From an uncultured Spirochaetota bacterium (GTDB taxonomy: Bacteria > Spirochaetota > Spirochaetia > SZUA-6 > Fen-1364), in the NCBI GenBank assembly GCA_963734545.1, contig CAVTHO010000004.1:32001-96000 (forward strand): a stretch of 64,000 nt of DNA, in the 5' to 3' direction. Within the stretch, counting starts at the first letter, position 1. Each line of letters opens with the position of its first letter. Made by a program: the position numbers and the translations under genes. Of the stretch, positions 30,506 to 43,273 are shown in pieces. The notes beneath the pieces are model-generated. The model ran no database searches, had not been told where the DNA came from, and saw only the letters and a list, made by a program, of their open reading frames with translations.

Positions 30506-31230
30506 ATGAAGATGATCCTCGTGGCGGCGCGGGACGAGTTCATCACGTCCCTGCGCTACCACCTCAAGCCCCTTGGCTTCACCATCGAGCATTTCTCCGA
30601 CCCATTGCGCGTGATCGAAGAGCTGGACCAGATCAACCCGCAGGCCATCCTCTTTCATGCGGCTGATTTCCCGCGGCACTGGAAACCTCTCCTCCAGCTC
30701 GCCCGGGAGGACAGGCCCCGGGAGGAGCTCATATTCCTGCTCATCGCCCCCCCGGATTTCGAGATCGAGGACGTGCAGAAGGCCGCGCATCTCGGGGTCA
30801 ACGGGATACTGTCGGGAAACCTCGAGGACAAGAAAGAGCTCTATCGCCTGGAGGAGATCGTGCGCCGCTACCGCGCGGTGGAGGACAAGCGCAACTTTAC
30901 CCGGCTGGTTCCGCGGTCGCCGGACGAGCTCGGGTTCGCCTTCACGCATCCCCGCCGCATGGCCCTGGTCACCGGCCGGGTGCGGGAGATCTCCATCCAG
31001 GGTTCCAGCTTCCTTCCCACCCGATCCACGGCCGTGGATGACCTGCCGGCGGGAAGCGAGATCAGGAACTGCTCGCTGAAGATCGAGGACCGCATCATAT
31101 CGGTGACGTGCAAGGTGACCCGCAACCGGGAAGAGCTGGGTTTCCAGTTCCTCACCTTCGAGGAGGGCGGGCACCGCGCGCTGCTGCGCTACATCCAGAC
31201 GCGCGCGGAGCGGGAGCTCAAGAGCGTGAC
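30506..31230 (+). CDS. Pseudo-receiver + PilZ domain protein (true stop uncertain, ~31230)
   Basis: Receiver-like N-terminus without the acidic site; KRNFTR (RxxxR) and EISIQG PilZ motifs. Read-through to 31843 runs antisense into ftsH and is likely an error. Confidence 0.7.
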
Positions 31231-31275
31231 CACGGCTACAAAGTCAGCACGAGCGGCTACAAAGCAGCACGAGGG

Positions 31276-31287
<12 letters not shown>
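31231..31287. repeat. Three imperfect ~19-21-bp tandem copies (GGCTACRAAG(T)CAGCACGAG) at the ftsH stop
   Basis: cacggctacaaagtcagcacgagcggctacaaagcagcacgagggctacgaagcagc. Confidence 0.65.
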
Positions 31288-33121
<1,834 letters not shown>

Positions 33122-33515
33122 GATTCTTCTACCTCCGCGATCCCAGGGGCAGCCCGGTGCGTGCGCGGCCGCGCGATAGGCGCCCGTTGCGCCGTCAGCC
33201 CCGTGCACGACCGCGAGACCGCGCGCCGCAAGCTCAGCGAGGAGCCCGGTCTGCGCGCGCGGGAGTTCCAACAGCCCGGGCAGACCCCGCTGCGCAACCG
33301 CCCCGTGCGCGTCTCGCACCCGGACGATTCCGCGTCCTTCCTCGATAGCCTTTGCCCTGGGCGTCATCGCGTCACTCAATTCAATTTAATGACGGATGCC
33401 CCGCAAAACAAGCGTAGCACGGATGCCGAGGCCGAGCGGTACGGATGACAGCGGCCGTGCCCGTCGTTGACACGGCCGAGCGCACCGGCCTATATAGTCG
33501 CAGGAGGAGGCGCGC

Positions 33516-34521
33516 GTGAAGGTTCTGTTCACGGGCATTCAGCCCACGGGCGACATCCATCTCGGCAACTACTTCGGGGCCATCGCCAACTGGGTGCGCC
33601 TGCAGCACGAGTACACGTCCGTTCATCTCCGTGGTGGACCTGCACGCGGTGACCATCCCCTACGAGCCGGCGGAGATGCCGGGCAAGGTCATGGACCTCG
33701 CCACCACGCTCTACGCCTGCGGCATCGACATGGAGAAGACCACCCTGTTCGTGCAGTCGGAGGTGCCCGGGCACGCGGACCTCACCTGGCTCTTCAACAC
33801 CATCACCCCGCTGGGCGAGCTGGAGCGCATGACCCAGTTCAAGGACAAGCGCGACCAGTTCCGCGCCACCGTGAACGTCGGGCCTGCTGGACTACCCCGT
33901 GCTCCAGGCCGCGGACATCCTCATCTACAAGGGAGAGGTCGTGCCCGTCGGGGAGGACCAGGTCCAGCACGTGGAGTTCACCCGCGAGGTGGCGCGGCAC
34001 TTCAACTCCCGCTTCGGCGACACCTTCCCCGAGTGCCAGGCGCTCCTCACCGCCACGCCCCGCGCGTGCTCGGCCTGGACGGGGACGCCAAGATGAGCAA
34101 GAGCAAGGGCAACACCATCGGCGTCCTGGAGACCCCCGAGCAGATCTGGGCCAAGCTCGCGCCCGCCAAGACGGACCCCGCGCGCGTGCGCCGGACGGAC
34201 CCCGGCACGCCGGAGAAGTGCACGATCTGGTCCTACCACCTCCTGGTGACGCAGGAGCCCGAGCTGCAAGGAGATCCACGACGGGTGCACCACGGCGGGC
34301 ATCGGCTGCATCGACTGCAAGAAGCGTCTTCCACGCCAACCTGATGAAGGTGCTGGACCCCATCCGCGAGCGCTACACCGAGCTTGCCGGGAGCCGCAAG
34401 GGCGAGGTGGAGGACCGGCTGGAGGCCAACGCGGCGAAGTGCCGCGCCGTGGCGGCGGAGACCATGCTCGAGGTCAAAGGGAAAGATGGGGTTGAAAAAG
34501 GTATGGAAAATCCAGAGCTGA
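33516..34521 (+). CDS. trpS: Tryptophan--tRNA ligase (several apparent frameshifts)
   Basis: [29 protein letters not shown] and KMSKS across frames; AGGAGG SD; TTGACA upstream. Confidence 0.92.
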
Positions 34522-35846
34522 AGATCGAAGACCTGAAGGTCGACTCCCTCGGCGAGGCCGAAGATCCCTCCCCCTCGGAGCTGAGCACCGATGAGCGGAG
34601 ACGAGACGGCCAACTACGTGCGGGACACGCAGTCCGTGCTCTACAGCACCGACCGGGATGAGGTCGTGGCGCGCGTGAAGGAAGGCAGGAGATATCCCCG
34701 CCTTCGAGATGGCCGGTCCGCGCCAGACCATCTTCTTCGACTCCGCGCGGGTCAAGGCGGCCATCGTCACCTGCGGCGGGCTGTGCCCCGGCATCAACAA
34801 CGTGATCCGCACGCTCGTGTTCGAGCTGCACTACCGCTACGGCGTGCGCTCCATCCTCGGCATCCGCTACGGCTACCGCGGGCTTCATCCCGAAGTACGG
34901 CTACGAGCCGTTCCCCTCACCCCGGACGTCGTGAAGGACATCCACGAGAAGGGCGGGAGCATCCTCTCCTCCTCCCGCGGGCGAGCAGGACGCGGGGGAG
35001 ATCGTGGACTTCCTCCAGCGCAAGGGGATCTCGCTGCTCTTCACCATCGGCGGGGACGGGACGCTGCGCGGCGCGCTCGGCGATCCACCAGGAGGTGAAG
35101 AAGCGCGGGCTTGCCATCTCCGTGATCGGCATTCCCAAGACCATCGACAACGACATCGCCTTCGTGGAGCGGACCTTCGGCCTGGAGACGGCCTTCTCCG
35201 TCGCCGCGGAGTCCATCCGCAGCGCGCACACGGAGGCAATCGGGGCGCCCAACGGCATCGGGATCGTGAAGGTCATGGGACGGAATGTCCGGCTACATCG
35301 CGGCCAACGCGGCCCTCGCGCTGACCGAGGTCAACTTCTGCCTGATCCCCGAGGTGCCCTTCGGCCTGGAGGGAAGCTTCGGGCTTCATCGCCTGCTCGA
35401 GCAGCGGCTGCGCCAGCGCGACCACGCGGTGATCATCGTGGCGGAGGGCGCCGGCCAGGAGTTCGTGAAGGACACGACCGGCAAGAAGGACGAATCGGGG
35501 AACCCCGTGCTCGGGGACATCGGCGTGTTCCTCAAGGACTCGCATCAAGAAGTACTTCAAGGAGCACACGGACCTGTACGTGAACATCAAGTACATCGAC
35601 CCCAGCTACATGGTGCGCTCGGTGCCCGCGAACGCCCACGACTCCATCTACTGCATCCAGCTCGCGCAGAACGCGGTGCACGCGGGAATGGCGGGAAAAA
35701 CGGGGATCATCGTCGGGCAGTGGAACGGCCAGTTCACGCACGTGCCCATTGCCCTTGCCACGTCACGGCGCAAGGTGCTTTCCCCGGAGGATCCGCTGTG
35801 GCTCTCCGTGCTGGAGGCCACGGGGCAGCCGTACAAGATCGGGTAG
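34503..35846 (+). CDS. pfkA: ATP-dependent 6-phosphofructokinase, group X (several apparent frameshifts)
   Basis: [34 protein letters not shown] and [11 protein letters not shown] motifs. Confidence 0.88.
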
Positions 35847-35901
35847 TATTGACTCTCCAGGCGGTGCGCCGACTACTCATGCGCAGCTCGGATCGTTGGT
35901 C

Positions 35902-35953
35902 CCGTGGAGTGATTTGCGGCAGCATTGCAACCACGTAAAAAAGTGCTAAAAAA
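35902..35953 (+). ncRNA. SAM-II-class riboswitch aptamer upstream of metK
   Basis: P1 CGTGG/CCACG, TGATTT, TTGC, pseudoknot GCATT/AGTGC and GCTAAA; located in the metK leader. Confidence 0.75.
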
Positions 35954-36018
35954 CCAGGAACCTCCGCAAGAGCCCGCCTGCGTTTTTTAGACACCATCCA
36001 ATCGAGGGAGGTTGTGTC

Positions 36019-37182
<1,164 letters not shown>

Positions 37183-37186
37183 GATA

Positions 37187-38192
37187 ATGGGGGAGCAGGC
37201 AAGGCGCGAAGCCCTCTGGTGGGAGAGGAGGCCTGACGGCAGGATCGCCTGCCTGCTCTGCCCTCACGCGTGCACGATCACGGACGGCGGCCACGGCATA
37301 TGCGGCGTGAGATTCAACCGGGCCGGCTCCCTGGAGATCCCGCTGTACGGCAGGATCTCTTCTCTTGCCGTGGACCCGATCGAGAAGAAGCCTCTCTACC
37401 ATTTTCATCCCGGCGCACGCATCCTTTCGGTCGGCTTTGTCGGCTGTTCCTTCCACTGCAAGTTCTGCCAGAACTGGCACATCTCCCAGGGCGTCGAATG
37501 CCGAGACGCGCTTCATGGGCCCCGACGCGCTCGTGGAAGCGGCGCGCGGGGAGAGCTCCTTCGGCATCGCCTACACCTACTCCGAGCCGCTCGTGCACGC
37601 GGAGTACCTGCTGGACACGATGCGCCTGGCGCGGGAGGCCGGGCTGAAGAACGTGCTCGTCTCCAACGGCTACATCAATCCCGGACCCGCCGATGAGCTG
37701 CTCGGCCTCCTGGACGCGGCCAACATCGACCTGAAGGCGTTCGATCCGGATTTCTACCGCACGGAGACCGGCGGCGAGCTGGAGGAGGTGAAGCGCTTCC
37801 TCACGCAGGCGGCAGGGCGCATCCACCTGGAAATCACCACGCTGGTCATCCCCACAAAGAACGACGCCATCGACCAGATAGAGGGGATAGCCCGGTTCGT
37901 GGCATCCCTGGACCCCGGGATACCCTTTCACCTCTCGGCCTATCATCCGCAGTATCGGTACGAAATCCCGGCAACACCGGCCGCCACCCTGCGCACTCTG
38001 GCGGAGGCGGCGAAGAGGCATTTGAAGTTCGTCTATGTCGGCAACATCGGCCCCGAGGAGACGATTACGCCGTGCCCGAAGTGCGGCAGCACCCTGGTGC
38101 GGCGCGTGGGATACAGCGTGCGCATCGAAGGAATCCACGAAGGCGCGTGTGCTGCGTGCGGCGCGCCCGCGCCGATTGTGACAGGGGACTGA
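37187..38192 (+). CDS. amrS: AmmeMemoRadiSam system radical SAM enzyme (apparent frameshift ~37500)
   Basis: CLLCPHAC, DPIEKKPLYHF, GCSFHCKFCQNW, IAYTYSEP and C-terminal CPKCG..CAACG. Confidence 0.88.
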
Positions 38193-38295
38193 GCGCAGGA
38201 GTGCGCCGCGGAGGCCGGCCGGAGACGCGCGTGCCGCCGGGGGCGCCGCGGCGCACCGTTGGCCGCCGCACGCGCGCTGCCCCGGCCCCCGATAC

Positions 38296-38324
38296 TTGAC
38301 AATAGGCCGCTTTTTTGCTCTTTT
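38296..38324 (+). promoter_or_regulatory. Promoter of tRNA-Asn
   Basis: Perfect TTGACA at 38296, 17 bp spacer, weak extended -10 TGcTCTTTT. Confidence 0.5.
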
Positions 38325-38334
38325 GTGATCACCT

Positions 38335-38407
38335 TCCCCTGTAGCTCAGTCGGTAGAGCGGGTGACTGTTAATCACTAGGTCGGCGGTTCGAGTCCGTCC
38401 GGGGGAG
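38335..38407 (+). tRNA. tRNA-Asn (GTT), CCA not encoded
   Basis: Acceptor TCCCCTG/CGGGGGA, D arm GCTC..GAGC, anticodon arm GGTGA-CTGTTAA-TCACT, T arm GGCGG-TTCGAGT-CCGTC. Confidence 0.97.
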
Positions 38408-38418
38408 CAGAACTGGAC

Positions 38419-38448
38419 AGGCAGCTTCAACAGAGGCTGCCTTTTTTT
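38419..38448 (+). terminator. Intrinsic terminator after tRNA-Asn
   Basis: AGGCAGC-loop-GCTGCCT plus T tract. Confidence 0.75.
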
Positions 38449-38525
38449 CCCCCCGGAGGGTGTCGAAAACGGCAGGGCTCCGCACCACCTTCCGCCTAAC
38501 CCCCAAGAGTAGTACTATTTGTCCT

Positions 38526-38756
38526 ATGGGCACAACTTCGATTGTTTCCGACCCCGACATCATGATGGGAAAGCCAGTGGTCGCGGGCACCAGGATCACA
38601 GTTGAGTATATTTTGGAGGAACTTGCCCACGGGCAACCGATCGACACCCTCGTGGGCTCTCACCCAACCTTAACGCGCGAGGGTGTACTGGCTGCTCTGG
38701 GGTACGCTGCCAAGGTCCTGCGGCTCGACGTCGTAGACCCTGTAGAAACTCCTTAA
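38526..38756 (+). CDS. DUF433 antitoxin
   Basis: DPDIMMGKPVVAGTRITVE...HPTLT..ALGYAA. Confidence 0.9.
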   Translation: MGTTSIVSDPDIMMGKPVVAGTRITVEYILEELAHGQPIDTLVGSHPTLTREGVLAALGYAAKVLRLDVVDPVETP

Positions 38757-38757
38757 C

Positions 38758-39120
38758 GTGGACCTCGCCTTCCTGGCTGACGAGAACGTTGAGATGGACA
38801 TCGTTGATCGACTCAAGTCACTGGGCCACAGCACGGTACACGCGTCTGAGCTATCCGCCGGTCGTCCCGACACCGCGGTGCTCCAAGCTGCATCTCAGGC
38901 CGGGCAGGTTCTCATTACCAACGACAAGGACTTCGGAGAGCTCGTCTTCCGAAAGCATCATAGCTCCTCCGGAGTCATCCTCGTTCGGTTGCCCGGTCGA
39001 CCTCCCGCCACCAAGGCTCGACTCGTTGCACAGGCTATCCAGCGCTACGGCGAAGAGCTTCTGGGTGCGTTCGTGGTGATTGGACCTCGGACGATTCGGT
39101 TGAGGCGATTGCCGGACTGA
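38758..39120 (+). CDS. DUF5615 PIN-like toxin
   Basis: FLADENV, D..VL, LITNDKDFGEL and GVILVRL motifs; follows DUF433. Confidence 0.9.
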   Translation: MDLAFLADENVEMDIVDRLKSLGHSTVHASELSAGRPDTAVLQAASQAGQVLITNDKDFGELVFRKHHSSSGVILVRLPGRPPATKARLVAQAIQRYGEELLGAFVVIGPRTIRLRRLPD

Positions 39121-39145
39121 GACAGGAGCCCGGAATGGCACGGAC

Positions 39146-39231
39146 TCCTCGATCAGTTGCGGGCGGGACGGTGTTAACCTCCCGGTCGCTGGTTCGAGTC
39201 CGTCCGGGGGAGCGACGGCAGAGTCGAACGG
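39146..39231 (+). repeat. Junction J2: tRNA-Asn 3'-half copy + GCGACGG..GAGTCGAACGG arm
   Basis: 39191-39213 is identical to tRNA 38386-38408 (23 bp); TGTTAA at the anticodon position. Confidence 0.9.
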
Positions 39232-39279
39232 CGTATGGTTTGCTTAACACCAAGCGATGCGCCGTTTCCGTTTTCGGGA

Positions 39280-39468
39280 TTACCCAATCTCCGGTATCGA
39301 CAGGGAGCGGCAGATTTTGCGCGCAAGCTGATTGGCAACCTCGGTGTGTCTGGGAATGGCTTCCGTGGCTCCCGTCCGTGGATTCACCCAAAGCGAATGA
39401 GAACGACCCTCACGTTTGAGGACACAGCCGTGATAGCGGAGGTGTCTCAGGAAGGCCGTCCTCTTCAC
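39280..39468 (-). CDS. hicA: HicA family toxin
   Basis: 62 aa, basic; REGRSH and IPRH motifs. Confidence 0.88.
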   Translation of the reverse strand: MKRTAFLRHLRYHGCVLKREGRSHSLWVNPRTGATEAIPRHTEVANQLARKICRSLSIPEIG

Positions 39469-39695
39469 GAGAGACTGACTACGTCCTGAACAGCGTCAGC
39501 GGGCAGACCGCGCTGAGCGTCCTCCCGCCTGTCTTTCAGGATGAGTGCAATCGCATCGGCGAGATTCTTTTTGCATTCCTCGACTGTCTCACCCTGGCCA
39601 TTCGCCCCGGGGATCTCAGGACAATAGCCGATGTACCACTTCCCGTCACGTTCGATGATTGCGGTGAACTCGTTGTGGAGTGTGTGCTTCGACAT
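39465..39695 (-). CDS. hicB: HicB family antitoxin (short)
   Basis: FTAIIERDGKWYIGYCPEIPGANGQGETVEE; overlaps the hicA start. Confidence 0.9.
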   Translation of the reverse strand: MSKHTLHNEFTAIIERDGKWYIGYCPEIPGANGQGETVEECKKNLADAIALILKDRREDAQRGLPADAVQDVVSLS

Positions 39696-39764
39696 GCACC
39701 TATCGTACCGCGAGCACGTTCTACGGACAAGAGGTGAAATGAAGGACAGCAACAGCACGGCCTT

Positions 39765-39885
39765 TCAAACGGCCAGGAGAGTGGGCACTTCCTCGATCTT
39801 ATGCTCGTCGCAATAGGTTCGAAGCTCGTCCAATAGAGGGAGCCTAACTGGACAGGCAGTCGGCAGGTCGCTGGCTGCCTTTTTT
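39765..39885 (+). repeat. Junction J3: LPLLDELRT arm + copy of the tRNA downstream flank/terminator
   Basis: 39765-39843 is homologous to 47201-47279. AACTGGACAGGCAG...GGCTGCCTTTTTT repeats 38411-38448 at identical spacing from the GGGAGC core. Confidence 0.9.
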
Positions 39886-40108
39886 GTGTTCTGGGCCTCG
39901 CGGTGGATGATGTCAAAGGGCGGCGTGAAGGCTGGGACTATGTGGTCAATTTGGTGCCTGGCAGACTGGCTCTCACAATACGGAAATAAATAGAGCGAAG
40001 GTATCTTTCCACCATGCTGTCGATCGCTAACTTCCATGTACGGCGCCGGAATGCGGGTATAGGATTCGTCCCATACCCGCGTGCGGGAAGATTGCAGAGG
40101 AGGATCCC

Positions 40109-41365
40109 ATGAGGAGAAACTTGGTCATAGCGTTAGCGGCGCTCATCGCGGCTGCCGCCTTCACACAGACCGCGACGGCACAGGTGACCCTTTCTATCAT
40201 CGCCAACCAGGATTGGGTCACCAAGCCCTATATGAAGGCAGCCTGGGCGAACTACGAGAAGGTCACCGGCAACAAGCTCGACATCCAGGCACTGCCGATC
40301 GACAACTGGGAGACAGTCATGAAGACCCGCGCTGCGGCGGGCGAGCTGCCCGATATTGTGATGACGTTCGCCGGGCCGGTCCTTGACGCGATGCGTCCCG
40401 CCGACAACTTCATCGACCTCTCCAATGAGCCTTTCGTGAAGGACCTGAAGCCCTTTGTCCTTCCCCAAGCCACCTACAAGGGCAAGATCTACGGCCTGCC
40501 GCTTTGGGAGGGTTCAGTCTCCGGCACCCTCTACAACAAGGACATTTTCAAGAAGCTCAACATATCCGTTCCGAAGACCCAAGCCGAGTTCTGGGCCGCC
40601 TGCGAGACAATCAAAAAAGCCGGCATCACGCCGATCTATCTTGCGTTCAAGGACATCTGGCCGGCCCTTCCCCAGTTCGGTCTGGACCCGATCGCCAGGA
40701 AGTATCCCGGCTTTGTGGACAAGCTCAACTCCAACAAGCTCAAATTCGCCGATGTGCCCGAGTTCACGAACCTCGTTGGCTTTTACAAGACCCTCGTCGA
40801 CAAGGATTATCTGGGCGCTGATTTCGTGAGCAACACCTGGGACGGGCAGGCCAAGGCCCTCGGCGAAGGCACCTATGCCATGGCCCTTGCCTGGGACCAG
40901 TACCTCTATTCAGACCTCGAACCCCGGTACGCCGACGCCGCGGCCCACTTCGGCATCATGCCCTTCTTCATGAACGTGACCCCCGAGGGCTCGTACGAAG
41001 GCCCCAACGCATGCATGAGCTTCGTCAACAAGAAAAGCAAGAACGCCAAGGAAGCCCTCGCGTTCATCCGTTTCCTGGCTCGGCCCGAGAATCTCAACCT
41101 CGCCTACAAGGACGTCTTTACCGAAAGCTACTTCAAGAGCGTGACGACCAACAAGGTCTCGCCCCAGGTAGCCGAAGCAAGGGCCTCCGTGGACAGGCTC
41201 ATCCTGGCTTCGGTGCAGGCGGGGATCGTGGGTTACAGCCAGGTGGAAAGCGTGAAGCCCATCCAGATGATGATGCTGGGCCAGCCCGGAGTGGCGGACA
41301 CGGTCAAGCAGATCGACGAGATCAGGATCAAGGTCGCTAAGGCACGGGGACTTGCGGGATTCTGA
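40109..41365 (+). CDS. Sugar ABC transporter substrate-binding protein
   Basis: Signal peptide; AAGELPDI and LYNKDIFKK motifs; GGAGG SD. Confidence 0.92.
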   Translation: MRRNLVIALAALIAAAAFTQTATAQVTLSIIANQDWVTKPYMKAAWANYEKVTGNKLDIQALPIDNWETVMKTRAAAGELPDIVMTFAGPVLDAMRPADNFIDLSNEPFVKDLKPFVLPQATYKGKIYGLPLWEGSVSGTLYNKDIFKKLNISVPKTQAEFWAACETIKKAGITPIYLAFKDIWPALPQFGLDPIARKYPGFVDKLNSNKLKFADVPEFTNLVGFYKTLVDKDYLGADFVSNTWDGQAKALGEGTYAMALAWDQYLYSDLEPRYADAAAHFGIMPFFMNVTPEGSYEGPNACMSFVNKKSKNAKEALAFIRFLARPENLNLAYKDVFTESYFKSVTTNKVSPQVAEARASVDRLILASVQAGIVGYSQVESVKPIQMMMLGQPGVADTVKQIDEIRIKVAKARGLAGF

Positions 41366-41388
41366 ACCAGCTTTTGCGGAATAACGCG

Positions 41389-41431
41389 AGGCCGGGGCCT
41401 GCCGATAGCAGAGCCCCGGCCTTTTCGTTTT
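41389..41431 (+). terminator. Intrinsic terminator/hairpin after the binding-protein gene
   Basis: AGGCCGGGGC/GCCCCGGCCT plus T tract. Confidence 0.7.
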
Positions 41432-41536
41432 CCGGCTTTGACGTTTCGGCAGTGATATCCGCGAGGTATCTTTTTTCCATCCCAGCGGTCGAAAAGCTCC
41501 ATTCACCGCACCTGGACTCGGCTTTAGGATGACGAC

Positions 41537-42421
41537 GTGAAGCAGGGCAACCTCGCAACCGTCAAAAAGGCCTATCCCCTCTGGATGACCATCCTGCCCT
41601 TTGGCATCTACGTGGTGTTCCTGGTCCTGCCGTCGACGGCGGGCTTCACGCTCGCGTTCACGAACTGGAGCCCATATACAGAGACCCTCCGATTCACTGG
41701 CTTCGGGAGCTTCGCAGCGATGTTCACCGAGAAGGTCTATGGCGTGGCACTGGCCAACACACTCATCTTCGCGGTGGTCACGACCTTCGGCAAGGCCGGG
41801 CTCGGGCTTGTTCTCGCCCTTGCGCTCAACACCGCGATCCGCTCACGCAACCTGCTCCGCACGGTCTACTTCTATCCGTCGGTACTCTCGCCTCTGGTGG
41901 TCGGCCTCCTTTTCTCGGCGGTCTTCGATGCCAGGGCGGGGCTCGCGAACCAGCTCGCCGCGGGCCTCGGCCATCCCGCCGTCTCATGGCTGGGTGGACG
42001 AACGACAGCCCTCTTCGTCTTCAACTTCGGTGAAATCTGGCGGTCGACCGGCTACGCCATGGCAATCTTCCTCGCGGCCCTGAAGGGCATCCCTGCCGAA
42101 TACCACGAAGCAGGCATGATCGACGGCGCCTCAGCGTGGAGGCGCTTCCGGAGCATCACCTTGCCCTTCCTGATGCCGGCCATCAATCTCGTGCTCCTCA
42201 CGAGCATGCTGTTCGGGCTCAAGATCTTCGACCTGGTTTACATCCTTACCGGGGGCGGTCCGGGCTACCAGACCGAGACAATCTCGACGCTCATCCTGAA
42301 CCAATACGGTCAGGACCTGTACGCGCAATCGACCGCAACCAACCTCGTTTTCACTCTTGTCCTGGTGTCCTTTGCACTTGCGTTCCAGGCCTACCGCCGA
42401 AAGACGGAGGTCGAGGCGTGA
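41537..42421 (+). CDS. Sugar ABC transporter permease
   Basis: EAGMIDGA EAA loop, LTGGGP, TM helices. Confidence 0.92.
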   Translation: MKQGNLATVKKAYPLWMTILPFGIYVVFLVLPSTAGFTLAFTNWSPYTETLRFTGFGSFAAMFTEKVYGVALANTLIFAVVTTFGKAGLGLVLALALNTAIRSRNLLRTVYFYPSVLSPLVVGLLFSAVFDARAGLANQLAAGLGHPAVSWLGGRTTALFVFNFGEIWRSTGYAMAIFLAALKGIPAEYHEAGMIDGASAWRRFRSITLPFLMPAINLVLLTSMLFGLKIFDLVYILTGGGPGYQTETISTLILNQYGQDLYAQSTATNLVFTLVLVSFALAFQAYRRKTEVEA

Positions 42422-43254
42422 CCGCGGAGAACAAGGCCGAAGCCAGACTCAGAAGGTTGATCGGAGCTGCCCTCCTCTGGCTGTGCGCGGTCGTCATCCT
42501 CCTCCCTCTCGCCGTTGTCGTTGTGACTTCCCTCAAGAGTCTCAAAGAGGCAGCCTCGCTCAACCTTTCCTTGCCACGAGTACCGCTCTTCGGCAATTAC
42601 GTCACGGTCTTCGCCGAAGGCAAGATCATCCGTGGCATTGTGAACAGCCTTGTCGTGACGGGCACTGCCACGATCCTCATACTCCTCTCTGCTTCGGTGC
42701 TTGGCTTCATCCTGACACGCCGTCGAACGTCAACGACAGTCTTCATGGAAAGGTGCATCACCCTTGGATTGGTGGCGCCCTTCACCGCCCTGCCGACTAT
42801 CATGCTGCTCAAGACCCTCGGTATCCTCGGCACCCGCGGCGCCCTGGCCCTCGTCTACACAGCGATGTTCCTGCCCTTCACCACGATGATGCTCTCTGCC
42901 TTTGTGAAAACCCTGCCACGCGAGCTGGACGAGGCAGCAATCATCGATGGCTGCTCGGGCCCGGCGCTTTTCCGCAGGATCATCCTGCCCCTTCTCACGG
43001 CACCGCTCATGACGTCCTTTCTCCTCAACACAATGTGGGTATGGAACGACTTCATGATCCCCCTCTACCTCCTCAATTCCTCCGCGAGTTGGACTCTTCC
43101 CCTTTCGGTGTTCAGCTTCTTCGGCAAGTACAATCATTCATGGCACCTCATCTGCGCCAATATGGCCATTGTCTCCGCCCCGGTGACCCTGCTCTACCTC
43201 ATCGGGCAGCGCTCGATCATCTCGGGAATGACCGCCGGCGCCGTGAAGGGCTGA
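42418..43254 (+). CDS. Sugar ABC transporter permease
   Basis: ELDEAAIIDG, WNDF and GAVKG end; GTGA overlap. Confidence 0.92.
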   Translation: MTAENKAEARLRRLIGAALLWLCAVVILLPLAVVVVTSLKSLKEAASLNLSLPRVPLFGNYVTVFAEGKIIRGIVNSLVVTGTATILILLSASVLGFILTRRRTSTTVFMERCITLGLVAPFTALPTIMLLKTLGILGTRGALALVYTAMFLPFTTMMLSAFVKTLPRELDEAAIIDGCSGPALFRRIILPLLTAPLMTSFLLNTMWVWNDFMIPLYLLNSSASWTLPLSVFSFFGKYNHSWHLICANMAIVSAPVTLLYLIGQRSIISGMTAGAVKG

Positions 43255-43273
43255 AGGTGGTACAATAGGCGCG

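Noticed and set aside
38193-38290. Very GC-rich intergenic stretch as a structured ncRNA
   Set aside because: Pairing potential is expected at this GC content, and I recognised no family motif.
39140-39213. Additional functional tRNA-Asn genes here and at 48170-48243
   Set aside because: No 5' acceptor strand or D arm is present; only 3' halves remain.
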